Below are positions 27,701 through 40,350 of a stretch of DNA of 64,000 nucleotides, in pieces (position 1 is the stretch's first letter; every line of letters starts with the position of its first letter). The DNA is from Amoebophrya sp. A120. Its lineage: Eukaryota > Protista > Dinoflagellata. The position numbers were made by a program, and so were the translations under genes. A model generated the notes under the pieces. That model saw only the letters and a program-made list of their open reading frames with translations, did not search any database and was not told the origin of the DNA. Where the stretch lies: contig CAJINV010000005.1 of assembly GCA_905178155.1 (NCBI GenBank), forward strand, positions 2,482,054 to 2,546,053, in the 5' to 3' direction.

Positions 27701-29851
27701 GGAGGATCAGGCGTCGGTAGACGAAATCCGAGCGCTCCAAATCGTCCCCCTGCAGAACGGAAACTGGCAGTGCCCGAAAGACGTGTATTTGAAATGCGTG
27801 CACGAGTTGCTCATTAACCACACAGACGACGGCAAGTGCCGAATGCTCACGGAGTCGGTCGATGACATCCCCGGCGCGAAGAAGTTCTTCCGTGAAGCCC
27901 CTCCGGTGACCCTAGTTCTCGTGCAACTGGATCTCTTCTCGCGCCAGTGGAGCGTCGGAACGGGCATCAGCCAGGTCGTGTCCCGACAGGATGATTTAAA
28001 ACAGTTCCAAGCCATTTACGAACACCTCGCCGACGCGCTTGCAAAAATCGAAGCGGAAGACGAACCCGAACTGAAGAAGCACGAGCAGTCGCCTGTAGTC
28101 CGCAAGTTGCAGCAGCACACGGCCTGCGTCGTCGGGGCGGACCATGTCTTGCGGAAACCGCACCAGTACTCGCTGAAACTGTTGGAAAACCGTCCACCGC
28201 TGTACATGATGCAGGCGACGCTGAAGGAGCCGCGGTTTCACACACTGTGGCGCGTCCTCGGGGTGCAGCAGCAAGCCACCGGGAGACTGACTGCGAAACC
28301 GGTTATGCTGCTCGAGCAGCTGAAGTCGAAGCAGGTGGTTGCGAAGAAGGCGGATTTGGTTTTGGTCGCCAGCAAAAGCCGTATGAGAGGTTCGCGGGGT
28401 AGTGGAAGTCTCGTCCGACCGGACCTGTCTGCGTCTTCGCCGTCGTTCTCAAACGAGCAGAACGTTGCGGATCAAGACACGGTGAGAATCCCGTTTTACC
28501 AACTCGCGTGGACCACGGTTTTTCCAGACTCGGTTGCAAACGTTGGAGCAGCAAGACGTGCTAGTGGCCCAGGATCAGCTTCTATCCCATCGCAAGCGTT
28601 CGATGCGGCGTCTTCTTCAGGTTCGTCCAGCAGTAGTTCTGCTGCTGGCAATCAGCACCAGGCAAGCTCGTTACTACAGCAGCAGGCACAACAACCAATC
28701 TCAGTCACGGAGCTGGACCTTCGGCCAGCGTCGCAGGAAGCGGTCAAGATCCTCTGTGATTACGCCCTCCAGGAGCGGCTGCCGAATGAGGTCGGGGAGG
28801 ATCTCGGGTTTGAGCTGTACCAGCTGGGGAAAAGGTTGAACGCGCCCTACATCGAAGAACACTTCGAGGCGGTGCTGAACGGGGTAGTGGGTCTCGGGAT
28901 CGACGGCGGGCTGAAGGAACTGGAATGTTATCCGTCGTACTGGAAGAACCAGGCGACCCATTTGGATTTCTCGGAGCGGGTGCAGTTGGATAATACCTGG
29001 GTTCAGAAAATGACGAGGCTGATGAACGAATCGTCGAGGGCCGGCAGCTGCAATGCGTGCGGTGGCAAAAAGTTCCAGGTCGCGTCTGTGCACCGCATTG
29101 AAAACCAGGATCTGTGGAACCGATACGCAGCCCGTCGGAAGCTGCTTTTTGGGCTGGTGCAGAAGAAAAAGCGCGCGGTGAAGCGACTAGAAGGCACAGT
29201 CGTCAAAGGAGAGTTGCGGAACATCACGGCGGAACATGGCCTCCGGCATGAGGAACTGAATGAGTTTTACTGTTTTCACGGAACAAAGCCCGACTTTGTC
29301 GAAGCGATCGCAGAAAAGGAGGGCTTTGACGAGCGCGTCGCGAATCTCGGTGGACTATATGGCGCTGGCGTCTACGGTGCGGATCAGGCTTGCAAATCGC
29401 ATCAGTACACCGCAGCTGATGCGCAAGGCTATCGGAGCATGTTCTTGTGCCGGTTCGCACTGGGAAATCCGCACTACACCAGTTGTTGTTTGGTATTTGG
29501 ACTTTTTTTCGCTGATTCAAAACAAGTATTTGATGAAAATCGCAGCTGTGTCAAAAATGAAAAAGCCATTTAGGTTCGTGGCTCGAGAAATGAAACTAGA
29601 ATTCAGCCGATGATCACATGATATGAGGCACCAGCACAATATCGCAATGACAATATGAATATACATTGTAAATAATACAGGTGAATGCGCGACGACCGCC
29701 GCGGGCTGACAAAGAAGATTGCGTGATTGCCGCAACGGGACCGATGGCGGGCCATTTCCAAAATCGTCAACAGCACAACGAGCTGATTGTGTACGATCGA
29801 TCGAGCGTGTATGCGGAATTCCTCATCAAATACAAGGAAGTACTAGGGTAG
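9736..29851 (+). CDS. Giant sacsin-like protein: 3 GHKL/Hsp90-like sacsin repeats, BTB-like domain, C-terminal PARP catalytic domain (~6397 aa)
   Basis: Exons 9736-10001, 10127-17680, 18290-29492, 29681-29851 (introns GT-AG, probable GC-AG, GT-AG), 19194 nt in frame. Repeats: EFVQNAEDAGA..GKIGRHGVGFNS; EMLQNANDS..GQFGVGLSS; ELLQNAEDAGA..IGAHGVGGK. PARP: FHGT..LYGAGVY..KSHQY..HNELIVYD..YAEFLIKY. The join of ORFs 10200-17702 and 18303-29573 is inferred. Confidence 0.8.
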
Positions 29852-30697
29852 ACTGGTCGGTCATTGTGGTAGACCAAAGATTTTTTTGTAGTCACAACTG
29901 TTGCTACTCGCCAGACGCAACCCCCTTTTCCTAGTGTCTGTCACTTTATGTAGTGTGCTCTTCTGTACTGTTTTGATGTTGTGTGTGTCCTTTTTATATC
30001 CCTCCGTGCATCTGCGCAAAGACAAAGCGGTCCGTGTTCATGATCACAATTTTTTTCACCAGCGACAGATTGTCAGTATCGAAGGCGAATTTAGCAACGG
30101 GCTGAAGGTACGCTCTAATTGACGACGAACAAAACAAAATAAAAAAACACCTTTTTTGAAAAGAAGACAAAGACAGACGAACAACGACCTTTCGAACTAC
30201 GAGAACTACTGCGTAATAATCTTCCGAACGAAAACTTGCCGACAGTTGTATACTGACTTGTGTAATTTTTTGCGTGTCGGTGTCGGTGTTTCGATCGCGG
30301 TATTCGAGAAAAACGCGATGTGCAGAGTAAGCAAGAGTTGAAAGAATGAAAGCGAGGAACAGAGAGAGCGAAGCAAAAGTATCCCTTCTGTCATCACGGA
30401 GCTTGTGTGTCTAAAAATGGTCCATTCGTTTCGTATCGAGTTGTTGTGGTGCTCGTGTCGATTTGAAGTTTTTGTCACCTCTTGATCGCTGTTGATGTGC
30501 CGCATCTTCACTTCCGGCTTCGCATACATGATAGTAAAAAGACGCAGATTGCTTCTTCGAACCGCTCACGTTTAAAGAAGCACACGATGCTTTGAGTTTT
30601 GTGTTTTTCAAAAAAGGCACGATAAGCTGGCCTGCACCACAACTCTTGTGCTTCTTTGAATCAATTGATTGCGTCGACGGCTGTCATCATCAAAACC

Positions 30698-33600
30698 ATG
30701 CCTGACCGGCGGCAGTCCATTTCCGACGATGCTTCCATTGCAGTTGGTGAATCTGTTGCTCCCATGGCACGCCGTGGCCGGGCGGATGTGAAAGAAGATC
30801 AGGACCCTGACGCGCGTGAACATGCTTCTAGTGTCGACGGCCAGCATGATAATGCTGGTGTCCTCGGAGGGATTGCCAGAGGACCCGCGCACGCCAACGA
30901 GGCTGGCTCTAATGACAGTCATGCGGGCCGGGATCTCAGGGGAGACGAAGATCGCGAACTTGTTCAAGAACAGGAAGAAGGCGACGCTGACGAGAGACGG
31001 GTGGTCAAGAACGACAAGGCCACCCAGGATTTCCTGAACGAACATCTCCCAGGACTGTCTCTCACAACGCAGATTGACTCGATCTGCTCGTACACGGATT
31101 TGCTATGGAAACTCCTACACGAAAAATGTAAGTTTCCCGAGCGCCAGAGACTAGGACAGACGGCGGAATACCTGAACTTCGGTCTGGTGAGGGTGCCAGG
31201 AAAGGCGCTGCCTGTCTGGTCGCGGGACAGTTTAAACGGACATGGGCTGCTCTGCAAGATCATGGTCGCGTTCTTCCACAAGCACGTAGTCTGCAAGTCG
31301 ACCGACAAGGAGCTCTTCTGTCTCGTGGACAAGGCCGACGTTGCGCGCGAGTACGGCACGGATGACCTGCCGTTCACTTCTTGCACCGTCAACAAGGGCT
31401 TCAAAAGCGGACTGCACATAGATGAAAACGACTCCGGGTACAGCTTCGCGGTGCACATCGGGCCAGATCCCGCTTGTGGCGGCGGTCTCTTCATCCACGT
31501 GCCGTGCAAATTTAAGCGACAGAAGCTGATCGACCACCCGTCGAATCGCGTCACGGCGGCCACCCACGTTGTTGCGGAGGACAAGAGGATCAAACCTGGC
31601 AGGACGGTGTCGCAGGGGGAGCAGCTTCCAGGGATCTTCGTAGACACAAAGACGCCTGTCTGTTTCCACGCACAGGATGAGCACGCAACCGCAAACGCAG
31701 ACCCTGGGCGCATCGCGATCATCTTTTACTCGCAAAGGAAAGTCCGGCCGGAGCGCAAACTGGAGCTCCAGTGCCTCGGTTTTGTTCCGCCGCCGACCAG
31801 GTGCTTGGGCTTGGGATACTATGCGGGTTGCAATTTTTTCGCACAGCCGCGAGGCGGTGCACCGGCAGGGGCCTTGCTAGGAGTGCAGCTTCCGAAATCC
31901 GCTGCATCCGCGTCCTCCGCGTCTCGACTGCCAAAAATGGAACAGCAAAGTGTGAAGCAGGAACCTGAAGTTGTTGGTGATCATCAAGCCCCCGCTCCTC
32001 CTGCTGCTGCTCTGCTGGCTGTTGCAAAAAACGAGCCACAGCACGAACACGTAGTCAATGCTGCCAGCAAGAAGGTCAAGGTCGAACAAGCACCCGAACA
32101 ATTGGAAAGAGAGGCGCCAGAAGCAGATGTGGTCATGGCTGATCTTGAGGATGAAATCGACGCAGCCCCAGAGGAAATGAGTCCTCCCGCACTACCGCAG
32201 CACGACGAACCGAAGAAGACGCAGCGAGGACGGCACGTGTCGAAGATTTCGGCGGATGTCCAGGGCTATCTGGACCGAGGGCACGATGTACCAGACGCAC
32301 TAATGGAGGAACTCGACGAGGCGATCATGGCTGAGGCGGCAAAAAAAGCAGGTAGTGCATCATCCTTGCAGGAGCAAGCAGCACCCGCTGTGCCACCGAG
32401 GCACGGCAAAGAACCAGAAAACGACGAAAGGGAAAACGCGAGAACAACAGGAGCTGCACACGCGACCGCAAAGGCAAACAATCCGCCCCCAGGTACCGTT
32501 GGGGCCTCGTCTTCATCTGCAGCTCCTATGTCCTTTTCAGCGGATTACGCGGACCTGTTTTTCGGGCAACCCCCGACCGATGGCGATGAGGAGGAAGAGC
32601 CACAGTATTTCCTTCCCGATACTGTGACTTTACCGTTGAACAGTGGCGCTTTCGACAGCTACAGCGCGGGGCCTGCAGCCGGGGTGCCGCAACAAGCCGC
32701 CCACGGAGGCGGCACAGGGAGTCGTGTTGTCAGCGGTCGTGAAGGAACAGGAACTGGCGCTCTTCTACTAGAGAAAGATAGTCGCGGCATGTCGGCGCAA
32801 GCGAAGGCCGAGGGAGGTTCACTTCTTCCAAAGGACGAAAGTGGAGTTCATGAAAGGAAGAGCAAGAAGCGAGGTTCCGTCAAAGCAGAAGGTGCCCCCG
32901 AAGCCGGAACCAAGAAGCAAAAGTCGAACAAGCAGGCAAAATCAAAAAAAGGTCCGCAGGATAGCACGGCGTCACGAGTAAAACTGGGCGATGAAGAAGG
33001 CCTCTCTGTGGCGAAAGGGTACAACTGGAAAGCTGACCACGAAGACCTGGAAGGACAAGCGGACGGCTCTGGGTACCTTGAGGATTATGCCAACGAATCT
33101 GCTGAAGCGCCGCTCCTTTTGCAGCGTGACATCCCGATGACAATCCCCGAAGCTAGACCGTCCACAATTCTCCACATCATACACGCTGACGCGCACCTCG
33201 AGCCTGCGGAAAGCTCGCCGCGAACCTTGAGAAAACAGAACAGCGACAGCGTCGACGGATGGGAACAGCTTGTGCAGGAGGTCCTGGGGGTCGTAAGAGA
33301 AAAGAGAGGTCATGACCATTCTTGTAGCAAGTCCGAATCTTTCCCCGGGGCAGAAGGCGCGGCGCACGATGTATAAATAGATCTTCTGATGATCTTGCCT
33401 ACGATGCCGTCGTTGTTTCTTTCAAACAGTTTTTACATGCCAGCACCACTAGCAACGCCACCGTGCTGTTGACCGTTCAAACTAAGTAATTTGAATCGAA
33501 TGTGATTGCGGACGATAAACGTAAATGTAAAAAAAAGAAAATGATTATTTCAATCTTGTCCAACATGTTCATCAGTTACAATTTCTTCTTCCGGTGTGCC

Positions 33601-34148
33601 AACCCTGGGGACCGACGAAGCCATTTCCACGACTCGGTGACGGCCTGAGTAAATCGCAGGAGAAGCTTCTTTGCCAGCTGTTTGACTGGTGGAAGGTCGT
33701 GCGTGACCTGCTTGCCATCTGGTCGGACGCGCAGCTCAAGAACTACTCGCAATCGGCACGGAGCAACGGCCTTGACAGCGGAAGTAACCACTGCCCACCG
33801 TTGAGCACCGAAACCCAGCGCAAGTTCGTTTCCCAACACAAGTGGTTTCCCTGGTCCCACATTCGCAGGCAGCTCTACGTCTTGGAGACCTTCTGGATGC
33901 TCAAACATACGTCACAGGTCTGCAAACTGCCTTGGGCAATTCCGGTCGTGTTCACAGAGAAGCAGCAGCTCCCGACATACTTCGAAGAGCAGATGCGGAC
34001 GGTGCCCGGGGCTCCGCTGCAGCAGGGAGAACAGACGCACGGGGTCGGCGTGAAGAGCAAAGCGAAGAAAGACACAGGCGGGAACTCGGAAGGAACAGGC
34101 GGTAGCCTATGGGACCATCTGCGGAACCCTTTCGGTAGAAAAAAGTGA
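30698..34148 (+). CDS. 2OG-Fe(II) dioxygenase-domain protein (~1081 aa), possibly TET/JBP-like
   Basis: Exons 30698-33370 and 33576-34148, joined by a phase-0 GT-AG intron. Motif FTSCTVNKGFKSGLHIDENDSG..GGGLF..FHAQDEHAT..GRIAIIFY = HxD...H...R at ~31370-31730. Confidence 0.7.
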
Positions 34149-34970
34149 AGCGCATGACCACACGGACACGGATGATGTGAGTGTGACGCAAACAGCATGT
34201 TGTGCTGCCTAGAAAATACTTATGTGCGAAAAGTCTAATATCGCTATCCCTCTTCCACCTAAATGCAACAAGTATTGGTCCTGCTCCTGCTAAGTAATAG
34301 GCTGAGCAGAAATGAGATGAACTTGGAGAACTGAAGAAGCTGGCTCGAAAAAAACTGTATTTATTGAAGCAGATCATGGAAAACCGAAACCCTGCCATTG
34401 CCAATGTACAATTTGATTTTCGGACACCAAGATCTAGCTACACGGACAATTAAGAATTGCGCTTGTGGTACTCTCTTGTGATGGAAACCAAAACAAAACT
34501 CGCTCGTCGGAGGTGCACGGATTCGCTTGGTGGTATTCGTGCCGTAGCATGTTACTGCTGGTTCGTCGTTTCTCGGGGTCACAGTGAGTACCGCCGCGAA
34601 GCTGAGCCCTCTACTCCTATTGCGTTTCCTTTATCATCATGAAAATTTGAATTTGCTGTCTTTTTTTACTATTGCTCAGGGGTTGGTGACACCTGCTGAG
34701 CGAATTTCGGAATATTCCTTTTGTTTCCTTTTTCGCTCAATCGTGTCAACGCAACAGATGTTTCATCCTTCCTTTGTAATTTCATATTATCAATGATCGT
34801 GCAGAAAAAGGGAGGCTGTTTTTGTCGAAGACCTTGGTCTTATTCGTGATTCCTTGCCACCATGATATTATTAAACACATTGCTTTTTTATTTTTGCCAT
34901 TTTTTTATTTAAGAAAATATTATATCTAATGAAAACTAGCAGAAGTACAAGCTGAACGGCGACAGTCACC

Positions 34971-37900
34971 ATGTCTTCGGCCTTTCTGCATCGGAGACTG
35001 GGAGCAAGCGCGAGCAGCGAGGGTCCCGCTGATGGTAACAGTGTCCCGTACTACACAGCTCACACGGAGGATGGAGGCAAGACCACAGCGTCAAAGCAAC
35101 TGCCGCCGCGGCGTATCAGATGGGAAAATTTGTGTCACGTTTGCCATGAAGGATTGAAAAAGGTCTTGTAATATTGATGGCAACTACTTCAAAATTGCAA
35201 TTGCATTCCGAAGGAAATCGAAATGGGGGGTATGTATGATGATCTGAAAGTATAATGTGCTTCTGCACTAGAAGTACATCGAAGCCATAGTGAAGCTTTC
35301 AGTGACAACCTAAGAAATTTTCGCATTCACCAAACCGCCATATCCAGACCGCGAAGACCTTCTGGCAACTCTTTTCCGCGACGACAGCAGCAGTATTATG
35401 GTGCCCGACGACACCGGACCGGCGCACTACTCGTTCCCAGCAGCGACAGAGGCTCCCCGTCGACCCGCGCCGTCCGAAAGTTTTGCAGAAGCCGACCCAA
35501 GGACCAGAAGCTTTTCTACTCCGCTGCAGCCCCGCCGGCTTCCTTGGGAAGACGGATCCGTTGTTCCGTTTCACCATGATCAACAACAGCGTGATGAATT
35601 TCATAAAGGCGGCCAGCAAGTGGAGATGAATCAACCAAATTGGCAAACAAGTTCGCACAGCGGCAATGACCACGTGGACATAATAACATGGGAGAGTTCC
35701 GTGAACGGTATGCTGCTCCTCTGGGTCTGCGGCTTCGCGCTGTGCTGCTGCTGCTACTGTCTCGCCCGCCCGCTGACGGAGCTTGGAATGCGGTGCTGCA
35801 CCACTGGTTTGCGCAAACTGTTGCGGAAGTGCCGCAGGACGGCGAAACGCGTGCAGAAATCCGTCGACACAGACGCGGAAGTCGCACGATGTGTAAAGGA
35901 GCTAAAGAGGAGGGAACGAGAAATCGCCGAGAGGATCGAGGAGCGTGCAGTTGGGCCCTTTGTTCACAGCTACGGAAGGATAGAGGAGATTGTTCGAGAC
36001 GACGACATCGAAGCGGCCTTCTCGGAGCGCGTACGAAAACTGGCTATGGAACGATATCTAGACGATCTTCAGTGGCACGACATTACGCCCCGCGGGGCCG
36101 AAAAACGCTGCGCATGCTGTCCTGCTGACAATAATCTATACGACTGCCGGCGCAACGTATTTTTGACAGCTAGCAGAGACTGCTTCATTCCGTTCTTATC
36201 CGCCACGCTACGCAACTATTTGCTGTTTATCCGGAGGTTCTGCAAGTGCGTTGCCTGTTTCTGCAGTTGCGGTGGCCAGTTTCCGGACCTTTGTTGCACG
36301 AACATCGACTACTGCGGCTCAGTGATTGGTTCCACGCCCCCCGCGCTCCTGCCTTCACCAACGGGGGACATCGTTTCGCAGGACGAGGCACGGAAGATCT
36401 TTGCAAAACTGATTTGCGAAAGCCACGATGGACACATATCAAGAGCACCAATGGACTTGAATAGCGGTGGGGACGAGGAGGGGGAAAGCGAAGACGTCGA
36501 GTCATCAACAACCACTTCAGCTGACGACCCTGACAGCGAAACAAGCAGGATAAGAACATCAGATGAAAGTGGAGCACAAGAAGTACCGATTGCTGCTGCC
36601 GAGGGCGACGAGAGTTGTTATTTGAACTGTTCTTGTTGCAGCTCCTCCACCCCAGCTTCTGTTGTGCGAAAACGTAAACGAAAACGCAAACGACAGCGAA
36701 AGGAACAGAACCAGTTTCGCTTTCGTGTGTCCAAAGACTGCAACGGCGTCGACGGGGCCAGTGCTGGGTATCCCAGAAAAAAAGATTGTAGGTGTAACCT
36801 TTTTGGAGGAACAGCATTACAAATCTGTGTGACATATATAAGAGCAAAACCTGTCATGCGCAGATCGTACTGGAAAACTCGGCTGCATGGACCCTACAAC
36901 GCATTCCCAGCATGACAGACGCAATCGTCTTGCACGTTGCGCATCACAAACTTTACACTAACAATCTTTTTTCTTGTGATACTGGGCTGTTTGAAATCGC
37001 TGCGGTGTACCACTCGAGCTGTCCGCCGACAAGGGACATCAGCATCTCGAAATTTGGGAGAGGAAGAACTTCATTATTTCAGGAAAACTTTCTGCGCAAA
37101 CTTTGCTGTGCCTGCCTGTTTCGACCAAGCCCGGCACAGCTGCGGAAGTGGACAAAGCTCCGGACGATAAGCTGGAAACGGTTCTACGCCTGCCGTGAGC
37201 GAATGATCGCGAAGTGCGCAGCGGAGGTGGAGCAGCGTCAAGATGTTGAATTGGGGAAAGCAAAAGCTAGAGCCCATGATCTTCTACTTCGACCAGCGTC
37301 AACATTCTCGTCGGGATCCTCTCCTGCTAGGGATGAAAGAAAAAGTCCAGCACCTAGAAGTTCTCTCACTGGCCAAAGTAGTAGAGACAATGTGGATCAT
37401 ATGAAAAAGAAACCGCAGCTGCGCGGCCACAGTTCTGACGACTTCCTTCGCTTCGTCGAGTTGGAAGTGCCTGCAGAGGTTTTACTTCGAGACTCTGAAG
37501 ATTCTTGTGAGCAGCACAGCTCGTTCAATGTCTCGGAACAGGAGGCAACGGATAGTCATAGTTCCACCGCTGTACCACGGGCACCACCCTCGTCTTGCAC
37601 CTGTTGCGCGCCTTCACTTCCTGATGCCAGTTGTATGGAGATGAGAAACACGTCCTCGGATAAAATTAAAAGGCAACATCACAAGAAGTCGTGCAGGCTG
37701 CTTCTACCCTGGGCCTCTACAGCACATGACTACGACTTCGATGTTGACAGAGAGCCGCATGAAGAGCGAGGCGCCGACTTCACGGAAAGTGCTCGCTCTG
37801 GTGTCTACGCGCGCCGCGGTTCCACTACTACAGACGGCCACCACGGTACGAATACCGCTGATGAGCAACCACGCGGCGGCGACCGAGACAGAAAAGAAGA

Positions 37901-39341
37901 GGAAGAATGTTTCCTCGCTCACTTTATGATACCGGATTATGAAGACTCCGGGTCCGGCTCCGACGTGGATGAAGATGATTCTAGTACCGAAAAGATCATC
38001 AACAGCTGCCATAGGGGGCGAGACGAAAAAAGAGCGCTAGTTTTAGAAGAACGGGGCTGTCGTAATCGTATAGATGAACCTACAGCAAATAATCCATTGG
38101 AAAACGCCGGGTGCGCAACCGCAAGACGAACAGGACAGGAGGTGAAAAAATATCTACTCACGGGGATTGCGACCTCTGCAGGGAGGTCCACCCCTCGGCT
38201 AATGAGAAGCGGAAGCAGTAGTAGGTCTCCTGGTAAAAATGAAAATACAAATAGATCTTCAGCGTCCGGGTCGGGCAATAAAGAAGTTGTCAAGAAAGCC
38301 GGGTTGCAGAAATGCAAACTGTGTCGCGAAATTGGCGAGTGCCGCGCGTGGCACGGGACCAAATTTAGTTCGGCGCGGGACATCTGGAGCGAGGGCTTCA
38401 ATACGTCCCACTCCGGTCGGAACCGCGGGAATCTCTTTGGCGACGGAGTTTACCAAAGTCCACACGTGTGCAAGGCCATGCAGTACGCAAAAGAGAACAT
38501 CGCGGGAGAGCGTTACGTGATCTGCAGCCGGTGTCTGATCGGGAACAACGTTTTGGTCACCGCCCAGCGCTTCGACGATAAACAGCGGCAGGAGTTGTTT
38601 AGCGGACGTGAGAAAAATCATGCCGGACCAGGCCCTAGTACCGCTGGCTCTGGCGGCAGCTCCAGCTGCCAACTCTACAGCGACCTTGACTCCGTGCTTG
38701 CGGTTCCCGCGTCCGAAGTGCCAGAGGATATCTTGCGCAAGGAGCGGTATCAGGAAGAAAGAAGGTTCGGTTTCTGGGGCAGGGTACTGGGTTGTGAAAG
38801 CGCGAGTAGTTGTGCTGCTAGTAGTGGAGGTGCGCCATCGGGTTTTTCTCCGCCTGCAGAGCTGCTGGAACGATATCACGTGTGTGAAGAAGACTTCCAA
38901 GAGTACATATTTTCATTGAAAAGCCCTCAAGGCTCCTCTCAGAGTGTAGTCCGCCTCGCCCCCCAGGACGACAGCATCATCAACGTGGTCGACCACAGTC
39001 TTGGCGTAGTACACCAGAACGAGAGCCACCCCTTTATCAACACCTCCGTCCAAGCCATAAACCGCCTCCCGTACGGACTAGACGCGCACTCCGACTTTTC
39101 CACCGACTTCATAACCCGCTACTCGCGGACCGACGTGGAGCGACTGGAAAATGCCGGAGCAGTGAAGACCCCACTGTTTGCAAGGACGCAAAAATTCGTG
39201 CGCCCGCCGGCGAGAAGAGGCTCTGGCGCGGAGGAGACGGACTTCAGATCCGTCAACCACGAGGAGCACCGCTGCACCAGTGCGCACCAAATGCTGCCTG
39301 AGTACTTGCTGCAGTTAACCCGTGTGTACGAGTATGAATAG
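34971..39341 (+). CDS. Transmembrane, Cys-rich protein with C-terminal PARP/ADP-ribosyltransferase domain (~1305 aa)
   Basis: Exons 34971-35112, 35348-36767, 36986-39341, in frame (first intron GT-AG, second a TIR element). TM-like GMLLLWVCGFALCCCCYCL. PARP motifs AWHGT..GF..LFGDGVY..KAMQY..CLIG..DSV..HEEH..LPEYLL. Confidence 0.7.
36769..36981. mobile_element. Introner (TIR TATC..AGAAAAAAGATTGT..GTGTAA)
   Basis: TSD ctggg/ctggg; removal fuses ORFs 35398 and 36912 in frame. Confidence 0.88.
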
Positions 39342-40350
39342 TTGTTGTGGTGCTGCATAATGATAATGAATATGCAGTACAAGCAAAATTATTTCCCGCA
39401 CTTAGATTGTGCATGGGGATCGGATGGAACAAATCTGAAGCACGGGTGTGCACCACGTGTCTATGCACGCATAGGGGAAAAAAGAAAGAATATGAAAGAG
39501 AGAAAAAATATTTCGTCGTGCAAGCTGTGTGCTGTCACGGCGTGTAAAGATTTTCTTCCCAAAAACTACGATAAAAGAGGCGCAACTTCTGTGTAGGACG
39601 ACCCACAGTAGTCACTGACACTGTGTGAGTTCGAACTTGAGATTGAGTCCATGTTCACATTGATCATCTTTACAATGCAATGGATCGCACATAAACACTG
39701 CCGTTTAATATTGGTCTGTGATACACACACACAGACCACCACCGCCGCCAAGAACTTTTACCTCACGCAAGTCGGTATTGTATTCCGCCCGAAGGCGTCG
39801 AAGCCTATCTACAGGAGCTTCTCGGTAGAGAAAGTCGGAATCACCAAAGTGGTGCAAAATAAATTTGTCATGCCTGACCACAGACTCAAACTTCGTCCGG
39901 TTCTCGGTCTCAAGAGAAAAGGTTCAGTACGTTCTCTCAAGCATTCTTAACCCTCCGATGGTGGACCGAGAGGACGAAAGTGGAGCAGGTGAGAGCAGCT
40001 TTACTTAGGCAGATTAGTACTTTAAGAATGTTGATCTCTATCTTAAGCCCTAGACCTAGTGCGACATTACTATAGGATCATGATCTCGGAGTGAAGTTGT
40101 AGTTGACACATCAAAACACGATCTGAGGATTGATGTTGCAGGGATGTGGTGGTCCACTATCAACGACCTATTTCTTAAAAACGAGTTTCATGAACAATAA
40201 AGAGAGCGTGTATCAACATCTTAGAAAGGAGCGAACATTACTGGCGCAGCAAGAAATACATACAAAATCAAGAACAAATCAACAATAAAAACTTGTAGTG
40301 ACGCCGTAGCTGGCCCAACAAAAGCGCAACACTATTTTAGTTTTACCAGA

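Noticed and set aside
40303-40319. ccgtagctggcccaa upstream of citrate synthase as a relic dinoflagellate spliced leader
   Set aside because: Only a short gapped match to CCGTAGCCATTTTGGCTCAAG; compatible with chance.
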